Positions 25,424 to 40,100 of a stretch of DNA of 64,000 bases are shown here, in pieces. How positions within the stretch are numbered: the stretch's first letter is position 1; the number at the start of each line of letters is the position of its first letter. The position numbers and the translations under genes are program-made. Location: NCBI GenBank assembly GCA_000708835.1, contig DF237109.1, positions 62,001 through 126,000 of the forward strand, written 5' to 3'. The notes beneath the pieces are model-generated. The model had not been told where the DNA came from. It searched no databases and saw only the letters and a program-made list of their open reading frames with translations. The stretch comes from Klebsormidium nitens. Taxonomy: Eukaryota > Plantae > Klebsormidiophyceae.

Positions 25424-26143
25424 CTGATGTACGGTACGGGTTTAAGCCACCATTAAGTACTGCCATGTACTGATCACGATGCGCTCACTGCTGACTGCAT
25501 GCGCCGCTCCCAATCTGCATATCATGTCGACTCGATCACAATCCCATGCATGCTCGATGCAGTGCGATCCAAATCAAGCGCGGGCTAGAGCCTGCTAACT
25601 GGCAGGGCTGAAATTGCACAGAACCCTGTAGCAGGTACATGTCGACTTTGAAGTTTGACATAATTTTGTTCCAGCGGGGCCGGTCGAATGCAGTGCAAGC
25701 CAAGACATTGCCCATATTAACCACCAATACATTCCTTTTGCATGATTCGAATATAAGCCAGCTGTGCGCAAGCTGCGCCCATGTGTGATATAATATAACG
25801 GACCGACTCCATGCACTATAGACGCGCGTGCATCGATCCACAAGCTACCTATGGTGGGTATCGACGGTATCGACCGGGCGACGGTCCGGTCTCAAATTTC
25901 TTACACCGGTGTTACGCGTCGCGACGAAATGTGTACGCGGTACTGACGACCGTACTCGGCGGTACTTGAGAATGAGGTCCGAGTTCATGAGTTGAAAATT
26001 TTCTGACACGTCGATTCTCGGTCAAGTGCGTACTCTCCGGAGGTACGGTACCGCTCGAGTCTGCGCGTGCATCATTCTGAAATTCATGGTCTTGGTCGGA
26101 ACTTCCGACTTGAACCACGGACGAGTACCGCGGTACCCAGACT

Positions 26144-26630
26144 NNNNNNNNNNNNNNNNNNNNNNNNNNNNNNNNNNNNNNNNNNNNNNNNNNNNNNNNN
26201 NNNNNNNNNNNNNNNNNNNNNNNNNNNNNNNNNNNNNNNNNNNNNNNNNNNNNNNNNNNNNNNNNNNNNNNNNNNNNNNNNNNNNNNNNNNNNNNNNNNN
26301 NNNNNNNNNNNNNNNNNNNNNNNNNNNNNNNNNNNNNNNNNNNNNNNNNNNNNNNNNNNNNNNNNNNNNNNNNNNNNNNNNNNNNNNNNNNNNNNNNNNN
26401 NNNNNNNNNNNNNNNNNNNNNNNNNNNNNNNNNNNNNNNNNNNNNNNNNNNNNNNNNNNNNNNNNNNNNNNNNNNNNNNNNNNNNNNNNNNNNNNNNNNN
26501 NNNNNNNNNNNNNNNNNNNNNNNNNNNNNNNNNNNNNNNNNNNNNNNNNNNNNNNNNNNNNNNNNNNNNNNNNNNNNNNNNNNNNNNNNNNNNNNNNNNN
26601 NNNNNNNNNNNNNNNNNNNNNNNNNNNNNN
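26144..26630. other. Assembly gap (487 N)
   Basis: Run of N; the ORF-track entries crossing it are artefacts. Confidence 1.
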
Positions 26631-26675
26631 AGTGTAAGAGAAGGCGCTCTGCAAAAGTCAAGAATGGCGGCCAAC

Positions 26676-27252
26676 TTTGGTAACCATAAACTTGGTGTCG
26701 GATTTGCGGGTGTCGGAGTTGCAAACCTCCCATCATCGAAGAGGACGCGCCGGTCGGTACCTACCCCCGCCTTCATTCTCGCGCCAACATCTTGCAGATT
26801 TTGCTCTTCGCGCCAGTTCCGACCAATGTCCTCAAGGCGAATTCGCGCGAGAGAGCACGCCTAGCTGCAATTGGCCTGTGGCCGGACTGCACATCTTATG
26901 AGACCAAGGAGATAGGTATACCGTAATATATGTATAATGCGTATATATGCGGCTCGATATTATCTACCTAGTATCTAAACCCCGACTAAAACCAAAAGTC
27001 GTAACCCGTATAAATACCCGCTTTACACCCGTGCCCACCTTAAACCCCTATACTAATCCCGTTTCAGTGCAGTGACACCGTGTTATTATCTCAGCATGTT
27101 TGATCGTACCTATCTTTCTTTATTTTGTACCGTCCGATGAACGGTACCCTTGAATTTATGACGAAGTCTGCGGTCGGAACTGAGCCTCTGCCGGCTACGA
27201 CTCTCCAAAATCCGACACCGGGAAATCCGACACCAACTTTCTGGATACCCAA
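26676..27252. mobile_element. MITE-like element, about 580 bp, with ~45-bp imperfect terminal inverted repeats and an AT-rich core
   Basis: tttggtaaccataaacttggtgtcggatttgcgggtgtcggagtt (26676-26720) versus reverse complement of 27207-27252, ttgggtatccagaaagttggtgtcggatttcccggtgtcggatttt. Each arm has two GGTGTCGGA units. Confidence 0.5.
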
Positions 27253-28526
27253 CTGTGCGCCTCCTATGCTGCTAATTGAGATTTGCCCTCAATAAAACTT
27301 GATGTTGGAGCTTCAAAGGACATCTAATGACGCCCTCCCAACATTTTTTTTTGCTTGTCAAAGAGTTTCTATAAGCTTCACAAGCCTCCTCATAGTGTGG
27401 CATTTTGATGCTTCAGTGAAAGTGTAAAATATAACAGTCCACTACACTATTATGACACTCAGTGACGGACGAGGAAATTACTGAGAGTACTCGTTGCGTA
27501 CATGTTACAGAAGTCCGAGTCGTCGTAACGTGGACCGCCGGTACTACTGACGAAATTTGATACCGGGTCCCACATTTTCGCTGCGGGAGTCGACTCGGCC
27601 GGGACCCACCGTAGGTAACTTGTGCACAGAAAGCCTTCTAGTGCGTATTATGTGTACGTTGTGGTCGACCTTGACTTAGGGACCACGGAGATGCACCGCG
27701 CGCGCCGTGCGCCGCCATGTAATGCACATGCCAGCATGGCCCAGGCCGCGGCCGGGCGGCCCACGCACGGCACCATGCGCCGGGACTCCCCCATTATATA
27801 AGCACAAGTGCACTGACGGGAGTCACGAATCATAAATGCCTTCGATCGATCTACTTCATTGAGCATATATAGTATCATTGCCCGCGGCCGATCTGCAGGG
27901 CGGCGCAAGGTCGCGCAGCGCCTGCTGCCTAGGGCGCTTCAACTGCCGCGCGGAGCGGAAGACGCATGCATAGGCCGCCCTTGTCCGAGTGAACTTTAGA
28001 ATCAAAGTTGGAAAATTGCAGTTTACGTAATACCAGACTTCATATTGCTTCATTCAGTGCACCCACGACATGCCAGACGCGCACGGCTATATGGATGGTC
28101 AGCACACGGAACATGTGCAGTACCGCACTGACGAAGGCGACAAGCTTGCCAGAGGCCGCAAGGCAGCTGGCTGGTAAGTCAATGCCGCAAACATGTCACT
28201 TCAGAAGCAAGTGACTGAGTAAGCACATGCGGCATGACGTATGTACATTGAAATTCTCCAGGTGAAGTCAAGCCGCCAATGCACGCACTCTATACAAAAC
28301 ATAGCAAGAGCGCACTTACAGTTGACCGACCGCTGACAATAAGAGGACGGCTCATTCTCGATCAAGGACATGCTACCGCCCTGGTCGGCAGACCACACCT
28401 ACTCTCCTGACCTGTCCTTCCAATTGCTCGCTCGATAAATTCTCCACGACAGGCTGAACGCCATAAAGCCATGCAAACCCCGTTTGAGAACTTTGCCCAG
28501 AAGTCCCGGTCATGTAACCCAGATTG

Positions 28527-31500
28527 TCACCTTTTGGGTATGGCGTGTCCTGTGGCTGTGAGATGCTTGAAGAGCTGCGTTCTGCGGTCAGCAAGGAGAA
28601 CACTGTGAGCGGTCTTTGTTCCTGTCGCAACTTGCTTCCGACAGCCCAAACATAAATCAGCGACGCACTTTGCAGGCCTTCGCAGGTGACATACCGACTG
28701 TCCTGCTCCCAGATATTTCCAAGCACTCTTGTTGTGGGAAAGTGACTATCCTGGATCCGGGCTATCAAACAAAGATTCAGGATTCCAATTATGGAGGATG
28801 CTTTGGTACCTCATGCAGCACACCTTCCACCAAAGACGGTCATATTGTGGCTAGAGTGAATATGCAGGTTGCCAAAATCTGTAGCGGTGGTTGCAATCGG
28901 TTTGCAAGAGCGATACGAGTGGATAAGGTTCCGGCAACGGCTCTTAAATGAGGACAGCAACGAAGGTGAACAAAGCAGGATACGATGGCAATGAGCGAAG
29001 GATGCGTGTCCGACCCACCTGCTGTCGAACTCTTCCCCGCATGTTACGCACTCCATCTGGGAACCGGCAGTGGCTGCCTGTAATAACGGTGAAGAGCCGG
29101 TGTTAGGCTCGGCGCATGGTCGCATTAACTCATAACTTCACAAGCTTACCGTGCTTTACACTTTACACTGAATCGGCAGAGAAAGCAACTTCGCCTTCCA
29201 CAGCTTCTAATGACATTCTGTTCTCGCCCCTTTGCACAGCGGCTTCGAAAAGATTGTTCCTACCTTCCAATCAGTACCAGGACTTGTCAGGGATCGTTTT
29301 GTGGGGAGGCGGGCATAGTGCTTAAGAGCACAAAGCCTATTTTCAGTGTTGAGATGACCCACTGTCAACAACGTAAACTGCATATTGTGCTCAAAACCCC
29401 TCATTACAAGGAACTCTGCTTCCAAGGTCCCGGGAATCGAAGCCCGCGTCAAAGCACAAACGTGCTGAGGCTGTAAGAGATTCTCGAAGAAGAAAGGTCA
29501 GCAACGCCTCACCTTCGAGCCTTTCCCCTTCTTCCCTTTCCTGCCCCTCGCTGACGTCACATCCGGCGCAAGCTCGGCGGCCTGCGCGCCTTCCTTCTTG
29601 GCTCGGTTCGCCGCCCGCCGTGCCTTTTTCGCCTTCGCCGTGTCCCGTTGCGGCGCCTCTGTTTCGTCATTCTCTTCTTTCGAAACTTCGGCCGTTTCGT
29701 TGGTTGCATCTCTTTCTGCGCTGACCTCATTAGCTTTCCCCTCGCTTTCCTCGCCTGTCGGAGCCACGTCTGTGGCACCCGGCTCTTCGTCAACCTTCTC
29801 CACATCGTTTGCTTCTGTCTCCCTTTCTTCCGCAACATTTTCATCCGATTTCCCGGCTTCAGAAGTATTTCGTTTGCCCCTCTTTGTCCGAGGAACCGCC
29901 CCGTTCTGCGCCTTATGCAATCGCAGCAAGTCCCCTAGCCCATCGTCGTCTTCCGCCCCGCTCTCTGCGCCGTCCTCTTCAGCTTCGCTTTCAGATTCCT
30001 GGCTCGCATCTTCAGAAACCGTCCCATCGTCCGACCCCTGGCTTGCTGCCTCTGCTCCTTTCGAACCCCGCTGCTGCTGCATTCGCATCAGATCGCCTAA
30101 CCCGTCCTCGGACTCAGCCTCGGAACCACTTTCTTCTGCCCCGTCGCTCCTACCATTTTCATCATCTCCAACGCTCCCCTCTGCTTCGCTATCTTCGGTA
30201 GGCGGCCGCGCTTCCTCCTCCCCCGTTTCTAGTTCACTCCTCCTACTCCTCTCCGCTTCTTGCGCATCCAACTCCGCCAGGATCTCCTCGTCCGTGACCG
30301 GACCCCGTCCCTTGCTGATGTCATCCTGCGCGCTGCTGACGTCAGCGCCCTCCGACGCGGTGTCGAAGTCGTCGTGGATTTCGTCGTCTGAGGCTGCGCT
30401 AGCGTCCTCTTCTTCTTGCAGTAGCGCTTCCTTGAGAATGGCCGCCCGCTCGAGGTGCTTCCGGGACTTCTCGTGGTTCTTCCACCTGAGAGGAAAAGAC
30501 TGATTCTCTACACGCTTTGTGGGCAGATTGAGGGTCATCATGTCGTTGCCAAACCGTTCACCGAGTGAGGATGCGCTCGACAATCTTTGTGGCCGTTCTG
30601 GTTTAGTGGACGGTAGAATATGTTGCGAGCAAAGAACCTGATCTACGTCAGGACCGTGGCAGAGCGTGCCTCTTTTATCGAATCTCCCACCAATCAGACT
30701 GTCATGCCCTTTAACAATTCCTCTGCAAGAACTCTCTTCGTCACAACGCGCACTTCAATTCACCATCAAAGAATGTTACGGCTACCACCTGTCGGCTCTT
30801 AACAAGCCCTGGGTCACTCACTGCTTCTCTGACTTGAAGCTCTTTCCGCACGCTACACAGTAAAATTCCTCCTCCCCTCCCTCCTTCTTGTCTTTTGAAG
30901 CGTCCCCCCACCAGCCCTCGTCCGTCAGCTTCTCCGCCCCCTCGTTGACCGCCCAGTCCTGCTCCACATACATCGCCGCCGCCTCCGCTTTCTTACGGGC
31001 CAGCTTCTCACGATGAGCGCGAGCCTCCTCTTGCTCTCGCAGCGCCTGTCAGGTTGAAGAATTAACTGAACTAATCTAGGTATAGATATTCCTGTATTTC
31101 GCCCAAAGTTTTTGAGGTGAGAGAAGTTGGTGAAAAAAACTTGTGTTCTACTATTAGCAAATCGCTTCAAGCCCCTAACATTAAACTCGCAACTGAGGGG
31201 CTTTCAAGGAGGCTGACCGCTGAGAAGGACAGTGCCCTGAAGGTCTGCAGTTTCATATCAGAGAAGAGTATCTGCACGAAGAAAGAGACATTTTCAAATT
31301 GGTACACGAAGAAGTGCGAAGGATTGCCAACTCCAAAATAAAGGTGCTACTCCAATCAAGTCCTGTAAAATGAGAGCGATCTCCCACTTTGCAAACAGGT
31401 GCGGCCCCCACCTGCAGTTTTTTTTGCTCGAGCGTCCGCTCCATGACGCGCTTGTCGCGCTTCTTGCACCACGCCGCGAGCGCGCGCACCTCCTCGTTGA

Positions 31501-32507
31501 ACTTCTTGCGCATCGCGCGCACCTTCTTCGCGTTCTCTGTCTCCATCAGCCGCCGCACCTGCCGGTTCGGCGCCGCGGCCAGGTTGTACTCGGCAGCCCA
31601 TAGGAACTCCTTGACGGTCGTGAAGTTGAGCCAGTGGGAGTAGAACGACGAGACCGCCGAGTAGGGGCTCGAGAAGGTGCCCAAGGACGGGAGGGGGCTA
31701 AAATCGAGGCCGGTTCGCCGGGCGGCCTGGTGAGAGAACAAGATTGAGAAAAGAATTATGGCCCTTCAGGAGTTTGTGAAGAGAACAAATTTTAATGGAA
31801 GGGTGGTAAGAGGGGGCTTGCTGGTTCGCGAGGGCACTTGACACCCCAGCTTCTTCACGCTTATCATGCACCAAAGCCAACAACTGTGACTAAGCGGCTG
31901 CTCAGTTTTATTTAGACGAAATGAAGGCTGTTGCCCTCAAAACTCTTAAGCTTGATTGGGGACGATCATGGATGCAACCTGCTTGGCTGCGAGCTGCCAC
32001 AGCCACCACCGTCTCAACAAAGTTGAAACCCAGTTTGCATCTGCCATGAAATTCTGATGTCTGTATTTCTGAAAACGCCAGTGAAATTGATGCTTGTTGC
32101 TGGCTCACCTGCATTTCGTTCTTTGCAATCTCGTCAAATACCTTGCCGTAGACGCTGTAAAACCCCTGGCCGGTGTCCCCATAACCCGAAAATGCCGAAG
32201 TGCTGAAGTACGCCCAGAGGTTGATGCCCTCCTCCGCTTGTGGGGCGCCCGTCTCTGCCCCCGCATAGTGAGTGCTGCCCCCCCTCAGGATCTCTTCCCT
32301 GTGTGCATCATACCAGGCGCGTTCGTTCTTGTCGCTAAGCACCTCGTATGCATTTTGAATCTCTTTGAAGCGGACAGTGGCCTCCTCCTGCCGTCCGGCG
32401 TTCTTGTCCGGATGCCAGACGAGCGCCAGCCGGCGGTATGCCACCCGCAGCTCGTCGGGGCTGGCATCCCGCGCCACCTCCAGCGCGTCGTACAGATCGC
32501 GTGGCAT
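28527..32507 (-). CDS. DNAJC21: DNAJC21/Jjj1-type J-domain co-chaperone with two C2H2 zinc fingers (60S maturation); 6 exons, about 674 aa
   Basis: Exons 32507-32109, 31726-31412, 31045-30822, 30485-29513, 29077-29019, 28581-28527. J domain (YRRLALVWHPDKN..ERAWYDAHRE), RRLMETENAK..KKRDKRV, first finger [25 protein letters not shown], long acidic region, and last finger CVTCGEEFDSRTQLFKHLTATGH. Confidence 0.93.
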
Positions 32508-33450
32508 GATGAAAACAGACTCTCAGAGGTGGTGCTTGATCTAGTCCACGCCTGAGCGTATAAAACATGCATTAGCTGCATAAAGTGGTGGTATTAGTAA
32601 GTTGCCGTGGTAAGTGCCTGGCAATCACGAAGTCAACTGGTGGTGTGCTATTGCTGGACAAAACGGGATTCTTGCTGCCTTAGCGTGCAGCTCATCTCCT
32701 TCTAGACTAAAAACGCTTTCTCTGAAAGAGACAAAAGCAGCCATAACGAACAGCAGTACCGTCCTTGATGGTGGCCAGTGCAGTTGGCTGCCAAATCCGC
32801 GCCTGGAAATCGAGTTTGCTGCGGACTCGTGAAGATGCTGTACTGTGTCGACATGACCCGGGTGCGTGTCTGAGCTCGGTTACAGAGCACCGTGTTTTTT
32901 GCAACCGCTGCGTGTGTGAAACTCTAGAACTTCAAATGAATAAGAGGGGATGGTATACATCGATCGATATCGAACAGAGGTTGCAGGGTTCTGACTGACC
33001 CGGTACAAGATTGAGAGTGATCGGTAGAAATTGTGACCGGTTGGCGGCAGGAAGACGACGAAACTTCAAACTGCGTGGCCAGCACCAGCCTCACTGTCAG
33101 TGTCAGTGCCAGCATACGAATTTTCAACAGTGCAAGTCGACCAGCGAGTTCCCCTTCCTTGCGGAATCGAAGCGCTTCTCTCCCTTCTCAGAATCTCACG
33201 GTAGAGACACAATTGGAGGTGTGGGGATTGCTGGATAAGACAGGGCGCGTTTCTTTTGTTGCCCAGGTTTCCTAAGCGGCCTGAAGGAAGTATTGCTTGC
33301 GCAGACTGGATACTTACGGTTGTGCGCTTCTGTACATTTACAATAGTGCAAAGCAGGGTTTCTGCAGGGGTCACTGACTTCTTCACTACCAGCACCTAGA
33401 GGTGTGCAAGAGCGCATTCTTTAGAAAGCAGACAGAGTATTGTAGCAAAC

Positions 33451-36116
<2,666 letters not shown>

Positions 36117-37143
36117 GTTGTTGGACTCGCCAGCACAGAGAAAGAGGTTGGGTGACATGGTCATGTCGGAGCTCCTGGTAGCCGCAGCAGTGCAACATGC
36201 ACTCAGCGTGGCTGCTGGTTTTTGCTTGGACCAAGCTGGTTGTAGGTCGTGTAGAGATATGAGGGTACATATTATGTCAAGCTTGTGAATTATGCAGCAA
36301 ACCTTTGACTGATCCAGTGCCAGCCGGGGATTTTCGCCCTTTCATTCCATGCAATGCTCCTCGAGCATTCACGTGTGGCCGTATTGTCGCTAATCCAAAA
36401 CTTAAAAGTCATGGGCGCCATGGCCTCTCCAATCTGGGCGTCTTGCAATGAAGAAGCCCTCTCTGTTGAAGATGTTTTCGTGCCAATGCAGTATGTCAAG
36501 CATACCTACTGAATACTGTCCGGAATGCCCAATCACCTGCGCAAGTTGATCGTTGCTCAATCACCAGCTGAATGTTGAAAGAATCATCTATGGCTTGGCA
36601 TGAATTCGGCAGGCCGTCAACGTTCCTATGACAGATTATTGCATGCAATACGTTCCGACGAGTCCGTGCTTCAGCATGCATGCTTGACAGTGACCATGAT
36701 GAAGCTTCACATGTGATTATATATGTATAATTTGCTTGTTATATAGGACATAATCCCATTGTATATGCTGGTGCCTTGAAGACTTGCACGACTCGGAGAG
36801 TTGTGACCGGCCGAGCCAGTGATTCTGACCTAGACCATCAGCTATATATCTAGCAACAGCTACCAGCGTACGTAACAGGCCATCCATGTTAAGCAAGAGC
36901 CTAGCATGCAATTATGGTTACAAAAGGCCCCAACTTCGCAAGAAGTGGAGCCTTGAACGCGGTCGACTTGCGGCCAGAGGAAAATCAAACAGCAGTCCAT
37001 CGACCAGGCTTTTAAACTGAACACCGCTTGAAAGGCACGGCCTTTTAGACCAGCATCTCTGCTTCATGGACAGGTTCTTTAAGCAAGGTAGAACTCTAAG
37101 AAGCCTACTCATATGCCAACTCCCTCTACAAGAAATCCAAAAT

Positions 37144-40100
37144 TCATGCCTTTCTCCGCTTCTTCTTCCTTCGCCTCCGCTCCTCCTCACTATCTTCGCT
37201 CTCGCTGTCACTCTCACTGCAAGAGCCAGCGATGCCACATATATCAGAAACAGCAAACACTCCCACCGTTATTCTGAACAAAGAGAGGTTCAGGAAACAC
37301 ACCCGACGCAAGGGATACTGAGAAACCCAGCACGACTGCATGTCAGGGGCAGCGATCAGAAAAGATTGATCGGTCTGTCCAATTGACACAACAAACAATT
37401 TTGACCCTGTGTCTCTCGTTCTTTGCATTCGTCACATCATGCTGCATCACATGCGCAGACTAGCTAAGGAGCTGCAAAGTTTCCTAGAAAGACTTTGGCT
37501 TTGCACGTTCAGTATGAACACAGAATCTTGGCAAGCCTTCACTTCAAACCGCTTCTCGCCTCACCTGTCGCTGTCCGACTCCGAGTCGCTCTCGCTGTCA
37601 CTGTCGCTCTCGGAGTCGCTGTCAGTGCCGCTGCTGGATGCGTCCGCCTGCAACATAGACAAGTAAGGACTGGGCTTAACAGGTTGCGAGCGCTCAGGTA
37701 AGCTCCAAAGGGAAGGCAGTCCTGAATCTCGCAATAGGACACCCGTTGAACACTGACGGACCGCCTAAATCAAACGCCTCAGCGCCCTCGATTGAGGACT
37801 TGAGTATCTCATAAGCGTTGATGACGCTCGATGCAATGACACGAAGCCTTCTCTCGCACACGTGGCTGCCGACCTCTCTAGACCGAAGTGAAGTCCTTTT
37901 GGAAAAGGTAACAACTGAAGGACTGGCACACGCACGGTGGCTGCATCCCCGCTGTGATCAGCTTCTTGGAACATGCCCGACACAGATTGCATTGCGCGGA
38001 TAAATGACTCAGGTGCGACTGAAAAAGCGAATTGGTGTTTGTAGAATGGAAGCAAAGGAGAAAACACGGAATTTCTTTTCGAACACTGGGATTCAAAACG
38101 CATGTGGATATCATGCTGCCAAGCCACTGGGCACGTGCAAAGGTAGCAAAGACAAGGAACTCTTAGCCGAGAGAAACGCTGACCCAGGATGGAGTGGTTC
38201 CCTGGCGGCTGCTGCATTGGTCCTTGACGTGGAAAAAGCAAGAAGAGTCCAAAGCAGCCAAGCCATGCAGAGGCCGAAGACAGAGGCATAAACGAGTATA
38301 GGCTTCAAAGCTCGAGGCGCCAGCTGGCGGCGGGGCGCGCACCTGCGGGGGCGGCTGCTGCTGCATGATCTGCTTGGGCATGTTCTTGAGGTGCTCGCGC
38401 AGGCCGTCGGTGAGCCCCCCGAGCCCGATGGACGTGAAGAAGTTGATCGAGAAGCGCGTGTTCTTGGGCGTGTCCCGCGGGAAGATGCCCTCCACGTCAG
38501 CAGTGTGCAGCGGGTCCGTCAGCCGCGCGTTCAGCTGACGCAGGCCCAGGTGCTCCGACAGCTCCTGAAACCGCGGGTTGATAATTGCGTTTAGAGAAGG
38601 GTCAGATCCAGACGATGGGACGGGGACGGGGACAAGTGTACACGAACGCAAAGCTCTTGTAAACATCACCGTAACACGGTCGAAGGGAGGGGCTGCTCGG
38701 GCAGCTTCGCAGAAACTAGATTGAGAGGCAAGAGCAACGTCTGCGACCACAGGCTGAGGGTTCAAGATGCTTTCCGAGGCACCGAAAAACCTTGAAGCAA
38801 CAGGAGAAGGATACGTGCAAGGGTAAGCCGATCGCAAAACGACCGGACGAAGAGTGATGGTAAACCATGATTTGAACAGTGATGTTTCCCAGGGAGTTAA
38901 GGACACCTCTAGATGCACAGGCCAGAAAAAAGATCTAATTGGACTAACGGAGCAGCGCATGCGGGGCCGCACCTGGAAGAGGATCTTGATGAAGATGCGC
39001 GAGGAGGAGGTGGTGTCCTCCTCGGTGAGGCGGATGTAGCCCAGCACCTGCCACTCCAGCGCGTCCGTGCCCAGCAGGTGGGCAAAGAACTTGGCCACGT
39101 TGCGCAGCTTGTTCGTCTCCAGCCTGCGCACGTGGAAAAAGCGGACAGTCAGAAGATGGGGCGGGTGAACATGTCGAAAGGAAAACCGCAAACGGGTCCT
39201 CCGTCGTTGCGTTGAGTTCTAAGTGCAAACTATCGGAAAGAGGAAAGTAAGGCCTCTCTTTCCCGGACAAAGTCTGACTTTGGGGAGCTTTCGCCTGACC
39301 AAAACAACAACCCCTTGACTGCCGTTGTTTCGCAATCCATGACGAGTGCATCTGATGAAAGCGGGTTTTCAAATATGCTCGACATGCTTGTATGCATCTA
39401 CACCTGCTTTCAAAGCAGGGAAAAGAGCTGCGAGAGCCCAAACTTTTTGTAGCGAACACGCCAAAGCTGGAAAATCGTAACTTTGACGCACCTGTGGATC
39501 ATGGAGTACTGCTTGACGAAGCACTCCTCGAAGTTGGCCTGGTAGGTGCGGTTGAGGTTGCAGAAGCGCTGCCCCAGCAGGCCGTAGTAGCGCATGTACG
39601 TGCGCTCCTGGCTGCAGCACTCCAGCAGCATCAGGCACACCTCCATCTGGGGCACAGCACAGCACGGACAACGGTCAGCATGACGTCAGCCAGCTCGTGC
39701 AGCTGCCAATCATCGCATTCGGCGAGCACCAGTAGTCGACAATCAAGTGTTGATAGTACGTGACCAGAAGACAGGCTCATGATTATATCTGGACTTCTTG
39801 GCAGGCTTTTGCTGGCAGACACCTCAGCTTTGATCTGGCTCGTTTCACGGACAGCGTTTTTTCATATCGTGGCAGACAACGGGAAACCAGGAGAGCGCCC
39901 GCAGCTGCAAGAGTTCACCCGCAACATAGGTCCATGCATAAAGCCGACATCTGCACGCCAATCCGAGGCCCACAGGAAGACAAACCGCTTGCTTGAAGGA
40001 ACTGTGGACTAGCAAGACTTAAAACCCAAGAGTTTGAAATCGACAAATCCGACAATTCCGCCCAAAAATCCCTAGCCCCGGTCGGCCTTACCTCTTGCCC

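Larger units (their letters stand above)
25839..27624. mobile_element. Putative degenerate non-autonomous TIR DNA element, about 1.8 kb, spanning the assembly gap
   Basis: Left end cacaagctacctatggtgggt (25839-25859) matches the reverse complement of the right end (27604-27624), cacaagttacctacggtgggt, at 19/21. Further inward, ccggtctcaaatttc pairs with ccggtatcaaatttc. No target-site duplication or transposase is visible. Confidence 0.4.

Noticed and set aside
25912-26864. ORFs of 200-274 aa crossing the N run
   Set aside because: Artefacts of translating the assembly gap.
29598-30503. 301-aa Ser-rich + strand ORF
   Set aside because: Antisense shadow of the acidic DNAJC21 exon.
36690-36835. 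ATGATGA ... CTGA, considered as a C/D snoRNA
   Set aside because: No terminal stem, internal C'/D' boxes or recognisable rRNA antisense element.
38800-38815. GTATCCTTCT (U12-like donor) on the sense strand inside a CWC22 intron
   Set aside because: It is not at an exon boundary; the flanking exons join in frame through ordinary GT-AG sites.
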